This document shows, piece after piece, positions 25,612-36,681 of a DNA stretch of 64,000 nt (positions are counted from its first letter, which is position 1; the number at the start of each line of letters is the position of its first letter). The stretch lies in the NCBI GenBank assembly GCA_965655095.1, contig OZ296648.1, positions 61,318,001 through 61,382,000 of the forward strand. Direction: 5' to 3'. The DNA is from Haplodiscus bocki (lineage: Eukaryota). The position numbers and the translations under genes are program-made. The notes below the pieces were generated by a model. The model saw only the letters and a list, made by a program, of their open reading frames with translations. It was not told the DNA's origin and made no database searches.

Positions 25612-27439
25612 GTAAGTAGTTCAATTACCCTTTTTCCTAAAAACTTCTGTTGTCGAAATTTTTGAAATTTTTGTCGTGAAAAATGTTTCCTGGATGGCCA
25701 TGTTATCCTTAGTGAAATTCAGTCGAGAATTATTGTATTTTTATGCAGTAAACTTCCAATACTTGCGATTTCCTGGACGCAAAAAAGCACTACTCTACCT
25801 TTTGACCTTCAATTTCAGACGAACAGAATTTCAATTTCAATTTGGGCACTAGTGGAAGTTCAAATTCATTAGCAAAAATACATTTAGATCACCTCCTTTC
25901 AACGTTTGTAACTCAATTTTTTTACTTAGTTTAGATTGAGTACTTCTGCGTCATTTTTCAACGGAATTTCACTGGAAACAAAATTTATGCTCCATTTGAA
26001 TCATTTTCCTAACGGATAAACTGAAAATGGCGGCGGTAAAATGACCTGAGAGGGAAGGCATTTTTTCTTCCGGGATGCTCGTGCAAAAGTTCTGACTAAG
26101 GTTGCCCAAACTGCTTGCGGTTGGTGAGTTTAACAACCGCGTCCATAGAGGACCACGTCGAGATTGCTTGCTGGTTACAAGAGGTTTCCATGCATGATAA
26201 TGCCGGTATACCGCAGCCTAAATTTTGAAAAGTAGGTTCTTCCAGTTTTTCAAAATTTTGACGGCTCGAAAGATATACCGGTGTAAAGTAAAAAAATAAT
26301 GATCTCCAAATTGGAAGCTGTTTAGTTTGATACTTTAAAATAATTGATGTCAATTTTTTTAGTCAAACATTATTGCGTGATAGAAGCATAGCAGTGATTA
26401 AAAAATAGATAAATTTGTTTAGAGAGAACGTAAAAGAACAACACTGTAAAAATGGCGCTGGTAAATGTACATGAAAAAGCAAACAATTTTACTTGTTGTC
26501 TGTATATCTTTCAGCTCCACATGCGATTTACCTGACGTACATGTATTATGAAAGGACATGACATTTCAGGTAAAATTACATGCAGCCGCAAGTAAATTTC
26601 TCGAGATTCGTAGGCAATTTTTAGGGTACATGCAAGTTAAATTTCCCGTACGTGTCAGTAAAAATTGCACGTTAACGCTGGCGATTTTTTGTTTTAAAAA
26701 AAGAGTTCCTTTCAGATAATCTAAAGCTGGGACATGACAACTTCTGGTAGACTGGTTTATGACAACCTCTATGGTGTCTTGTTTCAACCTGGCCCTGTTG
26801 GATGGGCAAAACCAAAGCACTTTTCTGTCGAAAGGCGAAGAGAAAATAGATAAAATTAAAATAGAAAAAAGTTCCACTCATCTGCAACAGCAAGAACATG
26901 AAGCAACTTGAAAATCAGACTAAGAAAAAAAATAGGTCACTTAACAGAGGATATATCGAAAAACAAACGTATGCATAATTTTTAAAAGTCATATCAGCTG
27001 GTGATGCAAGACTTTTGATCATATTTTTCTCAACTCTCTCATCTGGAGACCCCTTTCCAGAGTTTGCATGTTTAGGTTCCTCAATTTTTGCCATTTTTTA
27101 GTTTATTTGAACTAATGTTGAATTACTGAAAAGATCAAGGTGAAAACATTCTGCCATTTGCTCAAGGAACTAATTGCAGCTCGTTCGACTAAAAATTGTT
27201 GAAGGTTGAACTCGTTTTTTTTTCAGCACTTGAATTGATCAGCAATCTAAAACGTGAGGAATAGTGAATTATTTTTTAACATAATGCATATTCTTGTTTC
27301 AAATCCCCTAAAGTCACCCGTGACGTTCGCGAAAATATGGAAAAATAAGGACTGCTTCATGACATGGCAAAACATGAGACTTATATCAGACTTACTCACT
27401 CTTCCTTTCCGGCTGTTTTGACTATTTAGCAAGAAAAAA

Positions 27440-29100
27440 GTTGGAATCTTAGGAATTTGTATCAAAACTATATAACAATAATATTAAGACTCTTTCGCAT
27501 TTTTGGCCCATCAAGATTCCAATCGACGGATCAAAATCAGAGATTGTTCAATCTCAGAGTCATTTAATATTATACCACCTTCAATTTGGACAGCGAAGGA
27601 AGAGTCATTCATAGCTGTAGTTTTCCAGAAGGATGAGATAGAAAATCGAGATGTGTCTATACTAAGAGCACTTTTAACCAGTTTGGCCAATCAGGTTTCC
27701 GATTCCATTATAAGAAAAACAATTCATCGTTTTTAAGAAAAAAAAGTCCTTTTCAAGTAAAAAACTATCGATTGACAACTTAGTGGAAAAATGAAACAGG
27801 TAGAATTGAAAAATTATGAGTTTAAATATCGAGGTCTGTCAAGACTACCAGCACATTTTGGCACTTCTGGTCCATCAGAAATCCACTGCACGGATTAAAG
27901 TTAACGATTTTCGTATCCAGCTTTAGAACACAGATAAAAAACCTTGATTGAGAGTCTGAAGGAATTAAGTCAGTAGTTTTGAGAAACACGAGTTTGAAAA
28001 TCGAGATGAGTCCATAGTGATTTTGTTTAGCACTTTGACCTTTCTGGATTCCAATACAAGGAACAAAATCGACAATGTTTTAAGCCAGTAATCCTCAAAG
28101 AGTACATACTTTTCGATTGAGACCTTACGGAACAAATCAAGCATTCAGTTAAGGAAAAAGTTCGGTTTGATCAACCAGAGAAATCAAAATATTAGCGCTA
28201 ATCTGAATATTTGGACTATAGGAATTCTGACAAAGGTAATCAACTCAATGAATTTTCAATTTAATAGGCAGCTACAAAATTGGGGTTTTCGATTGAGACG
28301 TTGATGGAAGAAATCAGGCTTCTTAATACGGAGAAAAACGAGTTTAAATAACGAGATAGATCATTATTATTATCACTTTTTCGAAATTTTGAATTATCAA
28401 GATTGCAATGCAAGGAACAAAATCACATAGGTTCAATTGGAGTAGTCTTCCCAAGAAAGAGTATTTTCTATATAGGGTTGGACTGAAGAAAAGACGCCTG
28501 TAGCCATGGAGGCTATGGAGCAAAATGCGTTTGCAGTTCGAGAAGAATCTTTGTTGAAGGCATTTTTCTGAATTTTTGGGTGGTCAGGAGTCTCACACAG
28601 GGAAAAAATTCAATGATTTTTTAAATATCAGTCCACTAGTTTGAAGCTTTGGATTAAGATCTTGATTGAAGAAGTCAAGTCTGTAGCTGCCGAATATAAA
28701 GATTTTGAAATTTGAGATGAACCAGTCCAACTGGCTGCTTTTTGGGAGTTTTACATTATCCAAACTCTGATGCAAGGAACGAAAGAGAAACCTTTCCAAT
28801 CGGATACTCTTCTATAAGTTCAAAGCTGTCGGTGGAAACCCTTACGGAAGATTTCAAGCCTGTATTTGTGAAAAGGTAACAGTTTGGATATCGATATACA
28901 TCACTATAAATATAACTTTTTGGAAATCTTGAACTATCGGAGTTCTGATGCAAGGAATAAAATCAATTTTTCTCCAGCCAAACTTACTGGAAGAATCAAT
29001 TTTGTAGCCATGGAAAAAAAGCTTAAATATCGTGGGAAAACGTTGCAATTACCTTGTTTTTCGGAAATTTATGGTTTATCAGGTTTCTGATGCAACAAAA
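27440..29100. repeat. Degenerate ~175-185-bp tandem array (about 9 units)
   Basis: A GAGTTTGAAAATCGAGAT-like anchor recurs at ~27634, 27818, 27990, 28163, 28340, 28527, 28701 and 28880. Related units occur at ~39480-39830, 49540-49730 and 50390-50720. Confidence 0.7.
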
Positions 29101-30329
29101 TCAATTTTTCTTCAACCGACTCGTTCATTACCTGTAAAAAATTTTCCATTGGGACTTAGGTCAATGAAATATTTTCTGTATTTTTGCAGAAAAGGGAGTT
29201 TCACCTTCAACGAATTTCGGTACCCTGGATTTCTTGGCATTTTCTGAACGTGGAGATCATAAAAGAACATGCTGCAGCGGATACATTTTCGAAAAAAGTT
29301 TTGTATTTTTGGCCCTGATAATTTAGGAAAGTCAAAAGTTTAATGCCAAAAAACTGAAAAAACGTTCAGTTGTTTACATTTATAGTTAAACTTTTTAACA
29401 GAACTATACTTTTTTTGTTTGTTTGGAAAATTGAAAAATTTCGGAAAAGAGTTTTTTCCAGTTACGTCGGAAAACGGATACTTTTTGAGAAAAACAAGTC
29501 GCAGTTGTCAAAACAAACCCTAAAATTCATCAAAAAAATTCTGTTTTTAGCTATTAAAAAGGACAGGACAATGTGTTAACGATCATGTTAAAACAGATGA
29601 AAAGGTTGGTCCATAGAGGGATATAAACCCGCCATCTCTGGCTTCCTAATGCAGACATATGTATTATAGAAGAATTTACAACAATTCTACAGAGACGAGA
29701 AGTCTGCACGTCATGGTCGAAATCAGGAAAAGAGAAAAACTCCGACTACTGAATTGAATATTTTCCTCTCGGAATCTTTTTTCGACAAAAAATAAAAAAG
29801 ATAAGCAGTAGAGATTATTTGTGCTATGCCTTGAGTGATAAGTATTATATACATGATGTAAAAGTTGTGGATTTTTCTAAATTTAGTTACTGACGTTCGG
29901 GAATTTTGAAAAAGGTATGTGGAAAATGAATTTCTTTGTGATAATTTGAACTTCTGCTTAAGCCAAAACTGAAACTGAGGGCCTGTTTGTCTGAATTCGA
30001 AGTTAAAAAGGTGGTGTCACTTCAAATTTTTTCCTCCAATTGTAGTTTTCAAACAGAGCGTGGATCAATATCCGCATCCTTATCGTGACAAAATAAACGC
30101 TATTTGCTCGTGACAAAAACAAAACTCATTTCATAGGCTATTAATTGAATACAAATTTTTAGTTTTTAGATGATATCACGTAATCACTTTGTAGCACTTT
30201 AATGAGGGAAATAACAGCTTCATTTTAAATTAGTTAATTTACAGAGTTTCCGTATAGTACACAATAAATAATTAATCAACGAACTCACGAAAATTCTCCT
30301 TTTCCCGGATTTTTTTCAAGAAGAACATT

Positions 30330-30455
30330 GGGATTTTTTCTGTTAACTCCCCCCCCCCCCCTCACCAGTAGTAACGAGAATTTAACACTCCCCCCCCCCC
30401 TCCCAAAAAAACACAGAAGCAAATTTGTCTCTGGGAAGTTAGCAGAAAAAATCCT
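30330..30455. repeat. Small foldback element with two poly-C tracts
   Basis: GGATTTTTTCTGTTAACTCCC ... GGGAAGTTAGCAGAAAAAATCC inverted ends enclosing C13 and C11 runs. Confidence 0.6.
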
Positions 30456-31222
30456 ACATAACATAATTAATTGAAATTAGAAGATCCATTACAGCACTGA
30501 TTTTTTGCATAATTCGATTAAGTTCAACAGAGTTCTATGACAGGCTAGTCGTTTTTGCTCAATTGCTTTTTTTTCGGTCAGAGATTAATACAAAATTATC
30601 ACGTTAATTGGAAGTTCCTAGGGTTGTAATAAAATTAATTTGGTGCCAGCTTGGTATGTGTCTACATTTCACTTTGTGTTCCGGTATGCGATCTAAATTT
30701 CACGAATGTGTGGAATTTAAGTGACAAAAAAGCTCTCGGCCAAATGTATTTGAGAAAATTGTAACTGCGGAGCACCGGAACAAAAGAGCCGATTTCAACT
30801 AGAGATCGCAAATTTCTGTAGACCGCATACTGGAATAGCGCAATTAATTTATGACGAACAACAGCAATGCTAGAAGTTAGCCAGAACTCAAGTTAGTCCC
30901 AAAATTCAACCAATTACGTCTAAAATGTCAAGAAAATGTCAGTGATGAAACTGTTTTGATTCCGCTTCGAAAACTTCGCGAGAATCCAATAAAGATGATC
31001 GAAGAAAAGATTAAAAATTGACAGTTTTGTTTCAACCAAGTTACTTATCTATAAATTCAAAAATTTTCCTGGTTTAAACTGAAACTAATTAGTTTCAGAG
31101 CAAAAATAATTAACCATCCAAGCTGGAAACTTGTCTAGAACATATGATATTTGCCATTATTAGTCAAACTAGCCTTTTGGCGTTGAAATCTTAAAACAAA
31201 GTTTTTTGGAACTGAAAATTTT

Positions 31223-31951
31223 TTACAACTTTCTTTTGTAAATTGAGAAGCGATTGAAAATGAGAGATGAATAGCGAAGTTTCGCGAACGTTTTGTTCAC
31301 AAAAACAGAGAACAAGATAACAAAAACAGCGTATGTCATTTTATCTAGAAATGGTCTTAGAACTGTTCCGATATCTTTTGCCCCGCTAAGCTCAGATCTC
31401 AAAATTGATTCATTTTTCCAATTACCACTTCCACCTCCGCTTCCATCCCCGCCACCACTTCCACCTCCATGGCTGCTTCCATCGCCACTACTATGGTGTT
31501 CCCCTCCTCCGTGACTTCCAACTCCCCCGTGACCTCCACCTCCCCCATGACCTCCACCTGCCCCGTGACTTCCACCTCCTCCTCCTCCCCCAACCCCACA
31601 GCCACAGGTAGAGCACGCAGACATGGATTTACCCACGGAAACTTTCACTGATGAGGATATTCCCACTTCGGATTTGTCCCATTTTTCTTCCACTTTGAAC
31701 TTAGAAATAACTTGAAGAGACGAATCCATCGTTGCTCTATAGCATTTGGTGGGATCAAATATAGAAAGTGCGCTGCAGCAGCCATGAATTCCTGTAGTCG
31801 TACATTTACTGGATGCTTGAAACTAGGCCGATATTTCGGCTGAAAAGTCAGACCTTGCTGAAGCTGCTACTGCCCCTTCAACTCTGTCGACAGTCAGCCA
31901 AGAAAAGATACACACGGTCAAACTAATGGCGGCAAGCCAGCTTAATCCCAT
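31223..31951 (-). pseudogene. Nested intronless gene A: signal peptide, Cys-containing domain, Gly/His-rich linker, hydrophobic C-terminal segment; single in-frame TAG at codon 43 (null allele, young pseudogene, base error or readthrough)
   Basis: ATG at 31951 is in frame with ORF 31223..31729: MGLSWLAAISLTVCIFSWLTVDRVEGA...SA*FQASSKCTTTGIHGCCSALSIFDPTKCY...CSTCGC(G/H/S repeats)...YAVFVILFSVFV. 242 codons; the only lesion is the TAG at 31823-31825. Confidence 0.75.
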
Positions 31952-34900
31952 AATTTTGTAAAAATGTTGCAGTTAGCCACGTTATTGTTTGAAAGGGTTT
32001 GTCTGTGCAGAAATTGTGTCCTTAGATTTACAGCTTTGTTCTCGTTTTAAAGAGCCCTTCTGCAAAATGATGGATGCATTAACAAAAAGACGCAAAAATT
32101 TTGGCCCCTTCCATGGTGGTTCCGGCAATTTCTTTAATAACCGTTGAGAAATGAAACCAATTCGGTTTTGGTGATTCGTGTTTAATAAAGAATTTCTTCG
32201 CAAAAGTTTGAACGAAGACTCTTTTGGATGAGTCAGAAGGTAAGGTATGTCTTGCAGAATGCTGGTTTCAATGAATGAGGACAACTCAACGGATGCTGGT
32301 TTCAAAGAATGAGGACAACTCAACGGCTGGTGAGATATAATTAACCGAAAAAATTGTTCCTGAATAAAGCGATTTAGATCATTCCAAGATAAATGAGTCA
32401 ATCTGATGTCAACGAAGCACTAAAAACTCTCAGAAAATTTCGGGTTGAAGAAATCGTTGGGCAATTTCATCTCTTTGCATTTCGAATTAGCCAGTTACAG
32501 AAAAAACATCTGATACCAATAAGCGTATGAAATCTCACATCAGCAGCCATCAATGAACTTTCAACCAAACGTTGCCAAGTAAAATTGTAACAGAAAGCTC
32601 CACGCAAAGCCGATTACATGTGGTGAGGTAACCAAGCATGAGCACGTGGTCCGGGATCACAGAAAATTCTCTACGTCCTGAATACTCAGTCAATTTTAGA
32701 ACTCAGGTTTACGCGTAGGTGGGGGATCTGCAAACTCGGGAAACCCACAGCCAATTAAGGTTTAAAACCAATGCCGCAGGATAAACCGATAGTCTAGACC
32801 CGAACACATCTTGTAAAAAAGTTGCCTGTCACAAGGAGATACTAAAGTCTAAAAGTTCTGCATTCTGAGATTGCTCATCGTTAGAGATTGCTCGGTGAGA
32901 GTTCTCATTGTTAATTCATCATTCCTAGATTAAAATAGCCCGATAGTTTAATTAACGTAAAGTTAAATCCTTCGATGATCTCAGATTTTTACTTTCTTCT
33001 TCTATTGTTTGTCTTGTTTTTCCGTGGTCTTCTCTGCGACCCTAAGGCCAGAATGATTTTTTTGGTGAATTGATCTTTTTCGAACACCATCAACATCACA
33101 TCAAACTTTTGACGTCACACATGCAAAACTGTCAAGGCGTCAGAACCTTTAATTACACCACTCCCCGGGTTTGCTCACAATTGTCCTCAGTCCTGGGCAG
33201 TAGACGTGCCAGAGACGTTCATCACAATCCAGTAGGCTTAATTTGTCATCACGAATCAACAAGGGAGATCATGAAAAGTGGCGTCATACCAAGTGTGTTC
33301 CAGAAACACTATGATAAATGGCAATGATGACGCCAAGCATCAGTCAATTTTTTAACCCCTTTTAGAGTTTTCCACTGGTTTTGGTAATTGGACGAACTAG
33401 ATGTCAGTGGCGAGTAAAATTTTCTTCGAGAAGATGCCACTAGCACAGTTACTTTTTAAGTGAAACACTTTCAGCACCATTCAACTTATAAGGACTTCAA
33501 CGGCTGTATAAAGACGTTCTATTCTTATAATTTACACTGGTCTGGTCCTTTCAATAGGTTTTGAAAGGAACTTATATTTTTGTTTTTGCTTTGTCGAACT
33601 AGCTCCCAATTTGGCTATTTCCAAATTCGAATGCTCTTTTTGAGATTTCAGCAGTCTTGATTTCAAATCTCTTTCTGATTGAAATTTTGACTACATGCTG
33701 TAGCATAAACAATTGCTGGTTATAATATCAAATTTCAGATTGATTTCACTTCGTTGAATTAAATAGTACATCTAAACTAAACTAGAATATTCAAGGTGTA
33801 CATAGCAAATAATGCCATTAGACGTTGCTCAACTCGTGAAAAACTGTTTATAAAACCAGAAACTGAAACTTCTCAAGCATTTTGGGGCAGGGGGTTATCA
33901 TGGGAACCAGACTAAGTAAACTATTCCAAGGTTTCAACTTTAGGGAAAACATAAAAACACATTCATAAGTTATATGTATCAAATAATCTAAAAATGTGAC
34001 CTTTAAGCCCAATAAAAGTATAGCGTGAAAAGTCTCTTTAAGAAGCACGTAAGTGGGCCGCATTACAGGCATGAAACATGGGCCAGAAAAAAATTGAGAA
34101 TTAACAGCGGCGAAAAGCACAGAAAAAGACAAAAAAGGTGTGTAAAACATCAAATATTTCCTCGAAACACGTGGAATCTCCCCGTTATTGTCAAATTAAA
34201 ATATAAACCAAAGTGAAAACTGTCGAATAAATGAACCATGAATAACTTCTGTCATTCACTGAATTGTATTTGTTAGTAAATCAACAATAAATTTAGAAAC
34301 TAGCTTTCTGTTTAAAAAATATCGTAAGAACATGAGAATTCGGCTATTTTCGTGGCGAAATAACAATTATTCCACAACGCAATGAAAGTCCCGTTGTAGG
34401 TGTAAAGATCCCAAAGCACATTTTTTGACACAAACTGCATGTCTTCATCGAATTAGTAAAACTATCATCAATTATGAATCCATCGCACATACAGAAAAGT
34501 CAAAGCTATCTGCGTGTTAGAGTTTAAACTGAAAAGAGGAATCGTAGAGCGTGGAATTTTTTTGCCTGCGATTTGACTGGAAATCGGTATGTAGATTGTC
34601 CATTCTAAATAATTAAGATACACTACAAAACTACGTAGATAGCTTTATGTGACCTTGAAATACGGCACTTTAAAGGTCAGGGTAGGGTCAGGAGTCGAAT
34701 TGACTGTTTTGGATTACCTTAAAGTCCAAAAAGACGCTATAAAGCACTTCATTGATGATGTTTTATGTTGAGCGTTTGCTAAGGCATTCTTCGGGTTTAA
34801 AAACCTCCATCATAAATCTCAACTGAAATTGAAAGTTTCTCAATTTCTCAAGTGTTTCAGTCGCGAACCGCAACATGGACGGCCGTTAATGCCTCTAGCG

Positions 34901-36483
34901 GTCTGATTAAGTTTTTTAGCGCTGATATACCAGTACCCGAGCATGCCTATGCAAAAATCATTGATCAGTCAACTGTTTTTCAACAAAGGTTTGAGAAACT
35001 TTCTGTGATGATTGTCGTCCACAGTATTGGCTGACGACAATGGTCTATCCTGCCAGACTGCAAGAAGTTGATTATGTCAAGACATGAACTCTTAGTTCGA
35101 TCCTCAAAAGTTTCGAGTTTTAAAATCTAACAATTTTTTCGGTTAGTTTTTAAGAACGGTCAATTGTCTGGAAAATTTACACTGAAGAAAGTTGCTACTT
35201 TTACAAACAAGCCGGGAACGGTTCAGATTGGCGCAGTCCACATAGTTCAAAATTCTCATCAGACGGAATTGATTTTGATGTTGAAAAAAGTTGTCTTTTG
35301 GCATTTTTCAAGTCTATAATGTAAAAAAACATAGCTTATGCTAAAAGCACCACTAGCCCAAGGAGATACAACATACGCTGAAAATATTTTTTACCCAAAG
35401 TACTAAAGAAAAGAAAAAAACGGAAAGTCTCTGTAACAACCGAGCACTTTCTTGTTACAAGCGCCAACTAAAAACCATGTTATGAAGGTGTTAATTCACA
35501 TTGATAAATGTTCCGGGAAGATTCTTGACGACTATCGAGATTCTTACGAGTCCAGTGAAGTGAATTTTATTTCAGGTGTGAGTGATTGGCTGGTAATCTG
35601 GCCTCTTAACTTGTTTGGAAAGTGTGTTTCCTAATCAGTCTAGACCACTTAAATTTCCATAGTCACTGTTCCTATGACATTCTTTTTCGATGAAATTTAG
35701 CCAAAATTACTATTTGATTGAAGAAAAATCATAGTCATCAAGAACGATCATATCTTCAGTTATCATGAAGACTCGATAGAAGTTCATTTTCGTAGCGTTA
35801 GAAAAATTATGATCTGTCGTTTATTCAGTGCAGTCTTTGACAGAACCACTTTGTTTCAACTAGTTTTGTAAAACTGATCTCTGGATACGCGGACTTTCAG
35901 AAAAATTTGTAGGGATTGTTGACTCAAGAAAAAGTAACTTTTAGAGAACCACCAATGAAATAATTGAAAGCCCTACTTGTTCAAACGTCAAACTGTTTTT
36001 GCATTGTTGCCCTTCAACTAAAAAGATTAAAAAGTGCATTTTACAATCTGGTGCGTTCAAGATCCGTCATCAAGAAGCCCAAACGATATAAAAAGGTCGA
36101 GTAACTTACTAGTCGAAAACAGTCAGCACGTAGCTTTTTGTGTTACCACCAACAAGGGAATGAAGTGAATTGTCTTCTGAGGTACAAAGAAGCATTATTG
36201 CCGCAAGTTGCAACCCAAATGTTTAAGTTAATTTGAAAAATACACAGGCAATGCTAAATGCAACTATTGATCCCTTATCCCTTTGTCAAAAAGAATTAAT
36301 TTGAAAATCTCCAATTTTGAAAAATGAAGGTAGCACAGGAGGTATCTTATTTGATTCCGAAGCACCAGACTTTCTGGATCGAAAAGTTGTTCCAAAAGGT
36401 CAATTTTGTCAATGAAATATCAATATTCGTAGTACCCACCTTCCCTACTCATTACTCCAGCGCCGGCTTAATCAACAACAACG

Positions 36484-36681
36484 AAATTGCCGAAGTAGGA
36501 CCTTCCTATTTTTTCGGGAGATTAGCTTAATTAGGAATCTTTCTTCGATATTTTCAAAGGAGCAGTTGTTAGCAACGCTACACTTCAGGATAACCAAAAG
36601 CTACAATACCTCAGAAAGTCTTTTCAATAGAACGCTACCAAACTTTTGGTATCCGTGATGATCACAGAAACCAATTACAAT
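36484..36681 (+). mobile_element. BEL/Pao retrotransposon gag (DUF1759-like) relic
   Basis: Translates as KLPK*DLPIFSGD*LN*ESFFDIFKGAVVSNATLQDNQKLQYLRKSFQ*NATKLL...ITETNY, the hallmark Pao gag pattern with stops. Confidence 0.8.

Noticed and set aside
31293-31651. Pro-, His- and Ser/Thr-rich ORFs overlapping gene A
   Set aside because: They are shadow frames of the Gly-rich repeat; only the minus frame has a signal peptide and a paralogue.
31982-32401. 139-aa minus-strand ORF upstream of gene A
   Set aside because: Non-ATG start, contains a 34-bp tandem duplication, and has no motifs or splice support.
31823-36630. UAG reassignment (in-frame TAG in gene A; all four stops in the Pao gag relic are TAG)
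   Set aside because: The 685-codon host CDS has no in-frame TAG or TAA, and the relic TAGs replace different expected residues (L, W and others), as expected from neutral decay.
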